A stretch of DNA of 64,000 nt from Paraspadella gotoi. Lineage: Eukaryota > Animalia > Chaetognatha. The first letter of the stretch is position 1, and each line of letters begins with the position of its first letter. The notes below the pieces were generated by a model that made no database searches, was not told the origin of the DNA, and was given only the letters and a program-made list of their open reading frames with translations. The stretch is taken from assembly GCA_051294375.1 (NCBI GenBank), contig CM119264.1:9484764-9548763 (forward strand), read 5' to 3'. Positions 14,501 to 26,700 of this stretch are shown here, piece by piece. A program made the translations under genes and the position numbers.

Positions 14501-15630
14501 GAAGCTTCGACGCTGAAACTCCGAGACTAAAACGAAGAACGGCGCCTAGATGTCGTTTTAATTGCTACAAAAACAAAGATAAAACAAAACAACGAAATAC
14601 AAAATAAAAACTTGAAACTTTACATAAAAGTAAAAAAAAACCAACAAAAAACTAACGCTACATTCTACATTCTTTGTATAATTAAATATCGGAGCGTCGC
14701 CATATTTTTTTCCTGCCATACTAAACAACGAAATTATATAAATAACAAATACCGAGATAAACTCAATCAATCAGTCATTTGTAAACCAAAAATAAATACA
14801 AAACAAATACACCTCGATCAACCACCCTCGTGTGTGTGTGTGAGTATGTATGTATATTTTTGAACTTCAGTTTTTTTTAACGTTCGCTAATGACTTTATA
14901 ATCCTCCGTGTCTTATTACACAAACGGGTACTAAAACTTAGACAAGAAAAACAAAATTTAAATATTACCCCAACAAAAAAACAAAGCCCAACAAAACAAA
15001 ACAAAAACAAAAAAACAAACAAACAAACTAGGTAACCACATCGCAATCTTTTTTAAACGAGTTCGGAGCTCTTGGATTATAAACTGTCCTTACTCGATTT
15101 TTTTTTCAATTTTACTACTGATTAAATACCTCCAACACAATTAACAAACAAACAAACCAAGAAACAAACAAAGAAGCCATAAATATCGAGTCGTCTACGC
15201 GCGACGAAGAAACCAAATTGACCAGTCGAAATCCCGATGACGCGAGAAGCGAATTTAGCATCGAAAAATCAAATCGTTCGACCGTGAACTCACCCAACCA
15301 CACCTCAATCGCCTGTCCCTTACCCTCCGCTACCCTTCGCCACTTCAAGCTCCCCACCCCTCGATTTCCCTCGCCTCGCGCCCATTTCCCCCCCGAAAAG
15401 CCTCGACGAACCGTCGATTACAAAACCGTCGCTGAAATGTAAAAAAAAAAAGCAAACAAAACAACCCAAAAAAACAAACGAGAAGCAGCAAAAACGGAAC
15501 GAAGGGACTGACCTTTTTCGGTCATGTAATTTTCTTGTCGACTCCCGAATCGTCGTCTTTGTCCGTTTCGTCGTCATTGTCGTCGTAGGCCGCCAGGGTG
15601 GCGCTCCTCCGGCGCTTGACGGCGTCAAGG

Positions 15631-17691
15631 ATGTCAAGCCCGGGTCACGTGACTGCCGGCGCCTTTTCCCCGCAACAGGTGCAGGCGGTGAGCAGCTGCC
15701 AGCCGGGTCACCTCGCCGGACCTCACCATCCCCACTCGGGTAAGTTTTCCTCGTTTGCTTCTTTAATTTTTTGTTCTTTCGACACGATGAAGACCTATTA
15801 AGATGTTAAATCTGATGAAACTCTAAAGCAAAGAGAGAGAAAATTTTTGTTTAAAGTAATATATATTATGTTAAACGTTTCTCTCGATTTTCTTTGGCAT
15901 TTTCGTATTTTTGAATAAATAAAGATAAAGCAGAGTAGTTAAAATGCAGTTCCACCCACGTTGAACCGTCTCCTTTCTATAAAACGACTTCTTTTCCCTT
16001 TTTCTCTTTCCCTTTCATATTTCTAATTTCCTCCCCCTTTCCCCCTTGCCAGGCGCGACGGCGGGTCACGCGGCGGCGTCCTCGGGCTACCACGCCCACG
16101 GCGTCGGCGCCCTTCGCGGTCCGCCACCTTCTCCGCCCGTCCAAGTCACTTCCGGGGGCGGAGGCGTGGCGTCTCCTGGCGTGGGGTCTTCCCTGGCGCT
16201 CGTGCCATACCACTCCTCCGGAGGGAAGGGGTCGTCGCCCGTTCACGGCCAAGTCTCCACGGCCAGCACCAGCATCCCCTTCCCCTTCGGTCCCTGCAAG
16301 ATCTGCAACGACAAGGCCACCGGGGTGCATTACGGAGTGGCCACTTGCGAGGGGTGCAAGGTAAGGATGCATGCGCTTGGCCTACGTTTCAAATCCTTTT
16401 TCAGCGTTAACATTTTTATATTTTTCATACTTTTTCATCCAAGTCTACTGAAAGCTTATTTCTACATATATTTATGTTAATTTTGGCTTTTTTATAACAG
16501 TCTCATCAAAAAATGTTTTGCCTTTTTTCCACAGGGTTTCTTCAAGCGAAGCATCACCAAAGCCGAGAAGTACAAGTGTTTCTTCGGAGGCCAGTGCATC
16601 TTGACGCCAGACAATCGGAACCGATGCAAAGCTTGTCGCTACCAAAAATGCTTGCAAATGGGAATGTCGATAGAAGGTGAAGTAGAAATAAATAATAGTA
16701 CATCATTGGGGCCGTTGTGCGTAAATCATCGTCTTCGTAGTCCTCCATATCATCGTCACTATTATCGTCGTCGTAAGAGAGAAAAGGTTTTCCATTTTAT
16801 ACAAAAAAGAATGAAAGGTTTTTCGACGTCCATCACGAGAAAAAAGCGACGCAACATTTAGAGATAAGAGCCAAGTCGAAATTTTATGGCGACAATAAAA
16901 GGATTCCATCTGGAATAATCCTAACTGGAAAAATAGTAAGGCGCGCATGCGGGTTTTAATGTACGTCATTTCTTTATTCATAGATCATTTTATTTTAAGA
17001 AAAAAAAATTTTAAGAAAATTGCAAAATTACTTTAAAATTCATTTTAAGTGTTACATTTATAATATTTCATAAAATTATAATACAATTTTATATTTTTTA
17101 AATTTTTATTAAATTATTACTTCTTTTATTAATTTTAAATCAGAAAATATTATATCATTAATGGAGAGTGTTGTATGTTGTTTCTTAAAAATAGAGTAAA
17201 TAGATAAGATCAATAGTTTAATTTATTATCTTATTTTACTGATAAACTATCAAAGAAAAAGTTCATGAGTAATTTTCAAAAAGTTCATTAAAAGAAATTG
17301 AAAAGGCTGGCAAAGCGAAACTACGAACGCAAGAGAAAATTGTTCGTAGAAAAGAAAAAAGGAAAAAGTAAAGAAAAAAAGAAAAAAAGTAAACAGAAAA
17401 AAGGACCAAGCCCCAAATAAACAGGGACTCTTACTAACTTCTCTATCTACCCATAGCGACGAAAAAAAAAGGTTTTTCTCTTCATTGTCGTCCTTTCAAT
17501 TTTTTCGAAGGGGGGAGGTTTTTTTTTCTTTTCTTCTTTCGCTTTTTCTTTCTCTTTCTTTTCTTTGCGTCTCTCCTCCTTTTTCTCTTTCACTTTTCCC
17601 ATAGGAAAAAAAAAGTTGGTCACGAATTAAATTCGGGTTGCCCCAGAAAAGATGGCTCCGGCTTACAACGAAGCGAGCCCATCGTGGGCTG

Positions 17692-17734
<43 letters not shown>

Positions 17735-20005
17735 CTCTCTCTCTCTCCTCTCTCTCTCGCTCAGTATATTCATTAGTTAAACCTTTTTTTCTACCGCCCA
17801 ATTTTAGGAAAAAAAAAAAATCCTCGCAGAAAAACAAAAGGATTTTGTGAGAGAGAAATTTTTGTTGTGTGGAGCGATATTTTTTCCGCCTATTAAAGAA
17901 TATTTTGTAAATATAAATGCAAAAACGAATTTCTTTTGAGGCATCTTTATGACTATTTCGCACTGAAATTTTATTTTTGATGAAGTATTTATCTAGTACA
18001 TCAACATTTTCGGCCACTTCTAAATACAAATATACAATTGTATATAAAATAATAAAAATAAATGAGAATCGTTTCGGATCGGTTATGTAGGCGCCTTGTC
18101 TATTCTCCGACCTTCGGTTTCATATCCTTGCCGCGCCCGAGCTCCTTTTCTCCGGCCTCTCCCCCCCTTTCCCCTTTGTCTCCCCCTTCCCGCCGTCTCA
18201 GAAGTTCCCTTCGCGACTACAATAATAGTTTCATGGAATGTTTTATTGTCGACTTGGCTACGTGCTGCTTTGGTTGTTATTGTTGTTATTGTTGTTATTG
18301 TTGCGGTTTCGAAGAGATTGAAGACGTCTGCTCTACATTTCTCAGCACCCCCCCCCTCACCAACCTCCAGCCCAACCAACTCCGACACCCACCTTTTGGT
18401 ATATTTGGTAGATATGATGCGGTGTGGTGGGGCAACGCCGCTGAGCTGAGGAGAGAGAGAGAAAATCCGCGATCACCCCCCCCCGCCTCAATGTAACTAT
18501 TTTCATTGTTTGTCTCGCAAAGTAACGATATTTTTTCTATTGTTTTCTTCGTTGGGTTTCGGTTTCTTTGTTTTGTAAATAAGTTTCTTACAATTGTTTG
18601 AGATTTCCGTAGCGACGCGAGATGGGCATCCGCGTCGGGTCATGGACCACGTACTATGGGTGGGTGGTCGATAAACCTTTTTGTATTCATTTTGCAATGG
18701 TTTTATGCCCGCTAGAAAAGGGGTCTTAGTTAGAAATATTTCTAAAAAACGTTAAATTATGAAGTCTTTATTTTCAAAACCTCTCAAAGTTATTTCAAAG
18801 TTTAAAAAAATTAAAACGTCATAAAAAAGAGATTAACTGTTTACTTTGAGACGGGACAATGACAAGACAATGACAAGACAATGACAAGAAAATGACTGAC
18901 GCCCAACTGAGTCATTAAGATTGAGGGGATCTCTAAAAGGGAATCGCGTCATACGACGACTTCTTGTTTAACCAGTTATGAGCTTTTTTTTAATTCGGAA
19001 TCAATATCAATATTATCTCTCCGGGATTCATTTCGATTTAAATTTTTAAGTATTTTTGTCTTCAATTTTATTTCCAAATTTCCGAGGTAGTGTAGTTTTT
19101 GCTGAAACGACTTTCCCCCCCAAAAAAATGGTGCCCCAATAAAATTAGTTGTCCTCAACAACGAAGATTTTTTTTGACCGGCTTATTATTTTTCGCTCTC
19201 CTTTTCTTTCACATCGAAAAAAAAAATTGAAGTTTCAAAAAAAAAAAAGAATGAAAAAAGAAAAAGACTCCACCCACATTCGCAATTCCTGCCTCTTCGC
19301 CTCTGGATCGAGGAGAAAAAAAAATATCCGGAGAAAGAAGGAAAACCTTTTTTCTTAGTTTTTGGTAAAGAAAAAAAAAAGAGAAAACCTTTGCCTCAAA
19401 TAAGTGGGTTTCACACCCGAAGAGAAAAAAAAACCTTTTCTTTTCTCAGCGAATTCTTTTTTTCTTTCTTTTTTTTTAATAAACCTCGAAGAAAAATATT
19501 CGAGGGAAGAAAATGTGTCATGAAAAAAAGCACGAAAAAAGATTAAAAAAAAAAATTAATCCGCTGGAAAGAATTGCAGAATGTCGATATATTTTCCGTA
19601 CGATTTAGTTTCTTTTTTAAACACGTTTTTTTTTGAAAGATGTAATTTCTTTGTTTTACATTAGTTATTGACGTAAAATCAGAATTCGTTAATGAAAATA
19701 GAGCCTTAAAACAAAAAAAAAGCATTAATATTATAAAAATTTTATTGATTCATATTTTTCCCTTAAAGTATGATTGAAGGTTGTCGTCAATGTAAATGTA
19801 TTCAAACTGCTCTCTCTCCCCCTTCTCTCTCTCTCCTTCTCTCCTTCTCTGCTAACCTCACCGTGATTCGAGACCTTGGCTTTGTCATATTTCACAAAAT
19901 CGTCGGCGCTTAACGATTCGAAACCCATAAAGCGTCAAGGGCGTGAAAGAAAGAGAAAGAAAAAAGGAAAATATTCAAAAAAAGCAATAACGAAAAAAAG
20001 AACGA

Positions 20006-20093
<88 letters not shown>

Positions 20094-21028
20094 AAAAAGA
20101 AAGTAAGCACAAAAGAAAGAAAGAAGAAAATTTGATATGTATATTATAAATAATTTTAAAAATTTAAATAGATGACAATGATAAAGACAATACCGAAGAG
20201 CAGCATTTAAAATAATGACATAAATATTGGAAAAGTCACGTTTTTGCTATTTAAAGTATTCGGCAGAGAGTGGATAATTTTCGGCTACCGGACACGAACC
20301 CGGGATCCAGAAAAGACAATTACTGCTCGGAGTGACTGAGCCAATAAGGTCCACCGTCGTTATTGTCGTCGTTGTCGTTATCAAGACTTCACGCGGTGAG
20401 GGATTTTCTCGATTTCTCATCTTCACAACTTCCTCGTTTCGCTCATCGTTCTCATATTCACGTCTTTCACATCACGAGATCCGGGTTTCACATCTTTCAC
20501 ATCTTTTCCCTCATCGAGAATCCATCGCGACTCAAGGTTGAATCACGTCGATGGGATAACAATAAAAGAAATTCAAGGAGGAGGAGGAGGAGGTGGAGGA
20601 GGATGAGGAGGAAGAGGAAGGAAGTGGTCGATGAACTGAGAAGAATTCGCAGTGGCGGAAAAACTCAAGAAGATAACAGAGATAACGCGATGAGAAATAA
20701 CGTACTATATTGTGAAATTAATCAAATTGATCGAGTGATTTCGTGAAACTTCGATTTAGCTTTTACAGTTTTATATTTTATTCAATTTCCTCAAACTCGC
20801 GTTGTATCAAATTAAGGCGACAGCCGCTCGCGATTTCAAACACAATACCCGCCGACGATCAAATAAACAAAAGACTAAAATGAGAGAGAAAAAAAAAACC
20901 TGTTGATTCTCTGTAATTCAACTGGTCTTTTCCTCAATTGCTTCCTCAAACAATTGCGGTCCGAAGGAAAAAAATATTCTCGTAATAATTCATTGAAGAC
21001 CATATTTTTTTTCTTTAACTGATGAAAG

Positions 21029-21081
<53 letters not shown>

Positions 21082-22356
21082 GCCGCAAGCGCTGCTTCTG
21101 CTGTCGCAACTGTCAAAAAAACGCTGCAGCGGTCCGCTGTGCTTTTTCTGCCATAACTTTTTTCCCCCTAGAGTTTTTTGGCACCATGAAGGGAATAAGA
21201 GAACGAGAGAGAGACTCACTGTCCAATGGGAGACAAGCATGAAAACCTTCCTCCAATCGGAGACTAGATAACTAAATACTCAGTTTAAGCGCATTTTCTT
21301 TTTTTTTTCTTTTTTTATTCAATTGTTGAATTTTTTTCTCGTTGAAATTTTACGTTGGGAATGCTTTGAGGTTTCGCATTCTGAGTCCCAGTCTTTGGCG
21401 TCGGTTCCATGATTTTCTCAGTTCCTCGTTTTCCAAATTTTAAAATTTGTATATTTGAATTTTATCCGCTTTTATAGAAAAAAATATCTCTGATTAAAGC
21501 TCTCACACAAGTAATTTTTCAACATTTATGGGAAATTTTTAATGCAATTTTTTGGCCGGAAAATCTTAACAGCGATCATTGCCGTGGCGAATTGGAATTC
21601 TAAAAATTGATACCCGATGAACGTAACCCGTCATTCCTTCAATTTTTTTTATATCACTTAAAATCAAATTTTTAAAACAATTGCTCATGAGAGATGAATA
21701 GATGGAGAACTGGGACCCCCTCATTGGCGGACAGTCTTCAGGTGATATTTTCATTGCAAATCGTTTGTGACTTTCATTGACTCTAGATTTTGTACTTGTT
21801 TTATTCCACGGAGAGGGTCATTGGATTTTGAGAATGTTATAAGGCATCGTTAAGTCGTCGTCGTTGTTGTCATCGTTATTTTCATCAATATCAATCAGCT
21901 TTATCAATCGTCACTCTTATTAGTGTTAAATATAATTTCCCAACACTATTAAATACTTTCTCACTGCTCTGTTGCGTGAAAAAGATATCTTTCTCTTTCG
22001 CCTTCGCCGAAACTTACCCTTAACTCATCTCCCTCCCTCCAGCCGTGAAGATGGGGAGAATCCCGAAGATCGACAAAGAGAGGGCGCTGGCGGAATTGGC
22101 ATCGGCGCAGGCGGCGCAGGCGCAACAGCATCATCACCACATGTCGCCTCATCCGCCTATGCCTCACCATCATCCCGGAACTCACCCAGGGTCACACCCG
22201 CCTCACCCACACTCCCTGCCGCATCAAGGAGCGCCGAGTCATCTGCATCATCCCGGGGCGCATCTGGGCGTGCCGTCCAGCGTCGGGAGATGGAGAGAAG
22301 GAGAGAGAGAGAGATGGAGACGAGATGAGAGAGAAGAGATGAGAGAGAGAGAGAGA

Positions 22357-22399
<43 letters not shown>

Positions 22400-23322
22400 A
22401 CGGAATAGTCCCATTTTCTTGAAGATTCTAAAAACAAGTGCCAAACCAAAGGCATTACGATTCAACGTCTTTTTCGACTTCACTTTCATTTCTAATTCAA
22501 TTTAATTTCTGTTCTCACTTTCTTTTTTTTAAATATTCTTTTCTTCATCCATTCCATTTTCACGCCCTTGATTCCCTCCCAAACCTCACCTCTCCATTCC
22601 CGACCCTCCGCAGGTCATCATCCCCATCTCCCCGGTAGCGGGATGTCCTCCCCTCACTTACCCCATCACCTCACCCACCATCTTCCTCACCTTCCGCCCG
22701 GCGCCTCCCACCACTCCCTGGGCGGGGGCAACGGCGCGAGGGACCAGCCGATGCCGCTCCATCATCACGGCGAAGTGATGGCGCTCGGGAGTCCTAGGGG
22801 GCAGCAGCATCTGTCGAGGGGCGGGATGCCGCCACCGGAGTCGCCTCAGCAGTCGCCAGATTCAGGTTTGATATTGGTTGATGATGATACAATATCATTT
22901 TGACATTTTGAATATTTTCGGATAACTTTTCTTTTCCAAAATTTTATGATAACTTGAATTTATTGATATACAAAAGTATGTTTACATTAATTTTAATTCC
23001 GACTTTGTTCATATAATTTTTTATTTAAACTGAAGTCGACATTAAGAGCGATTAATAATTAATCCAACGACGACGACGCTCACGACAACCAAGATAATGC
23101 GACTGGCATGCTGCCCTATGAACGTCACTAAACCCAGCAACCATTCTTTTTTCTGACTAACTGTCCCCCCTCTCTCTTCCCCTCTCTCTCTCTCTCTCCT
23201 TCCGAGAAACGATTATAAAAAAGCATCAAGTTTCTCTCAATTCTCTTCCCTCTTCATATTTAATGACGGCCCTTTTGAATTCCTTCAAGCGATGTTGCCC
23301 GAGACCTTTCGCTTTTCTTCCG

Positions 23323-23401
<79 letters not shown>

Positions 23402-23654
23402 TTCTTCTTTTCTTTTCTCTTTTTTCCTGCCCTTGGGACCAGAAAGGTAAAAACCTTTAACAGTTAAATCAAATTTTTGACTTTAACAATCCTCGCTCGA
23501 TCGCCATTGGTCCAAGTTTTCGAAATCTCAACGCTGATTGGTTCCTCTTACCTTTTTCCAGTTCTTCCTTTTTTCCTTTCTCTAAACAACCCTCATGTGA
23601 AGAAAAGAAAATTTTTGAGCGGTGAACGAGACAATGGGCAGAGAGAGAGAGAGA

Positions 23655-23707
<53 letters not shown>

Positions 23708-26700
23708 GAGAGAGAGAGAGAGATAAGTATGAAAAGTAAAAATGAAAAGAGTGAAAGGTTCGAAAAAGGAGAATGGAGGGACGAAAGTTCAGCCTTTAGG
23801 TTTATTGGGGATTTTTTGGCCATTTTATGGGTTATTATGCTTTTTCCGCGGGGAAAGTGAAGGACGGTTTTCAGTTAGCATTGTGATTATTAAAAGAGTT
23901 CAGTCACTGAGACTATCACAGTGAAAAACACGAGCTGAACATGATAGTATTTAAAAAACTATGTTTAAGAAAATTAACATCTTTCTTCACGGTTGTTCCG
24001 AAACTCAAGTTACAAGAGCGACTTCTCTTTTTTCTTTTTTCAGCCCTGGGCGGACATTCGGCGAGTCACTTGGGCGCGACCACGACAGCCACCACCCCTG
24101 GGGGCGGACGCCTCTCGCCCTCCGCCCTTGAGGCTTACCCTCCGCCGGCTCCCCACCACCTCCACTCGCTGCAAGCGACGCCTGCCGTCAGCCTGGCGCA
24201 GAGCCACGCCAGTCTCGCCTCTTCAGGCCCCGCTAATATATACGGCGCTTACGTGACGACGACGCCGGGCGCGAAACCTCTGCATCAAAACGGCGCCGGA
24301 GATTCGACGTCATCGTCGTCGTCCTCATCGTCGGTCGAGACTCTAAGAGGAGGAGGGGTAGGAGGAGCGTCTGTAGGAGGACCTCCCTCCTCGAGGTCCT
24401 CGTCCAGAGGTCCTCCATCAACGCCGGTGCCTCCCAGCAGCATCGGAGGCTCCGGCGCGGGCAGCAGCAACGGACAGTACAGCAACGAAATCATTCGGGA
24501 GCTGCTGCGAGGCGTCATCTCCTCGGATCAGGACCCATCGGCTCTCGATCATCGAGGTCTGCATAATCATCAGCCGCAGCATCATCCGCAGCAGCCGCAG
24601 CCACAACATCACTCGCAGCAGCCGCCTCAGCATCATCGGGAGGCAGGAGAAATTTCTTCATCGACGATGTTGACGGAGACGACGATGGTCGGCGTCAATC
24701 CGGGACATCACAACGCCGGTTCTGGCTTAAACGGCTCCGCGCCATCGTCGGGTATCGAGGCGTCTTTGGCGGCGCCGGCATCCGGAGGCTCGTCGCAGAA
24801 TCTCGGAGCGGCGCCTCATTGGGCCTCACCGGCGCCGTACGCGCCGATGCCACCGACGCCGCCGACGCCGGGAACCTTCCATCAAAGCTACGCGGACGCC
24901 AGCGCCGGAGCGGCGGCGGCGCCCGCCGCCATCTGGGCCCCTTCTACTTGGCGTCCTCGTCGTCGTCGTCATCTTCCTCGTCCTCTTCTCCTCGTCTTCG
25001 TCGTCGTCCTCGACGGGGCAGAAGCGGTCTGACCGATCGCAGCTGCCGTCGGCGGCGGCCCCCGGCGGATACTCGCCTTCGCCGCCGATGGGCCGCCGCC
25101 GATGAAGCGGCAGCACTCGCAGCCCCATCCTCCGCCCCTCCCACCGCCAATCCTCCCCCAACAGCCACGCCCCAACGGTAACAACTCGAATCATCCTCAT
25201 CACATCGACCACAACAACAACAACCACGCTCCTCCGAGCCAGTCGAGCTTCAATCCAACTCAACACGTTCTACCTCAACACGGCCTCAACAACGCGGCTC
25301 AGTCAAAACCAACCGAAGCCTACCTCATCAACGGTTCGGAAAGACGATCCAACAACCTACAACCCGCCCCGCCACAGCCGCCGCAACATCAGCCTTCTAC
25401 CAGTGTTTCTAGTGGACTCCCCCCTCTCGCCTCACCGGGCGCGACGCCAGCGACGGCTCACCCTCAATCACCGCCGAGCCAGCCGCAGCAGCACGCGCCG
25501 CCGCCGCCGCCGCCTCAGCCGCCCAACGCGGCCTCGTCGTCGGGGTCGTCGTCGGCGTCGTCGTCGGCGTCATCCTCCTCCTCATCCCGCCACGTACGCA
25601 GTTTGTTGTTGTCTTCCCCGGATTCGGGTCTTTCCTCGTCAGGGTTTTCCCTCGAAGGTCCTTCCGCCCCGCAGGGTCTCGTTCCCTCGGAGACTCTGCT
25701 GAGTCCCTTAGGGACGGCGTCGGCCGCGGGGACGGGATCCGACGACTCGGGGATGAACGGGGAGATGGAAGGGGGCAGGGTGGTGCATTGGAAGGGTCTG
25801 GTCGGGAACGGGAACGGGATCGGGATAGAAGACGGGATCGGCGCCGGGATTGAGGCTCTCGGCGAGGAATCTCCGGTCGGCGACGATCCCCAGTTTACTC
25901 TTCTCTCCTCTGTCGGAAATGTCGGCCTCTTGACGGTGGAGGTGGGAATGACGCAGCAGGAGCAGGAGCAGTCAACGCAGCAACACCGAGAGCCCGCAAC
26001 GGAGTCTTCGGATCCGGGGAAGGAGAACGTCTGCTCGCCGCAGGAGCAGCAGCAGCAACAGCAACAACAATACCTGCAGCTGCAGAAAGGCGCTCGGATG
26101 ATGGAAGAGGGCCGGGCCGTCATTAGGCGGGGCGAGAGCCTGATCCTGATGGGTCGGCGAGAGTGCCTTCGCGGGCAAGAGTTTGTGGAGCGAGGAGAAG
26201 AGTGCGTGAGGCAGGGGAGAGAGTTGGTGGCAGAGGGCCAGAGGATCGTCGCTGAGGTGCAGGTGCGTCGCCAACGCCGCCAGATGCATCCGATTCCCTT
26301 TTTTTTTCAATTTCTTATAAGCACCCGACTGTAATTACTATTATGTTTCTTTATTTCTTACAAGGTAATTTATTTGTCAGTCTCGAGAATCTTTGACGTA
26401 TAATTAAAAAAAAAAAAATTAAGAAATAAAAATTGTAATTAAGTTAATGATTGCACGATACTTCATTAATTCGAATAATTATTATTAAACTAAGTTTTCA
26501 GTAACATCCATTTTTTGGGTTAAATTTCGTTCCTTTTATTTTCTCCAGCATCGAATTCATTTGTTGGCTCCGGCGTTCACTTGCATCCGCAGCGCCCGCA
26601 GCGTCTATAATCAGCTGCAGAAGCTGCATTTTTTTTTATTTTCCGGAAGAAGCCTTCCACGCCCCCCAAATTCCGCTACATTTGGTTCACGTTCAAAAAT

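Noticed and set aside
24233-26310. Long minus-strand and alternate-frame ORFs over the receptor's large exon (likewise 50002-50682 over the DUF924 gene's last exon)
   Set aside because: Shadow ORFs from GC-rich, low-complexity coding sequence.
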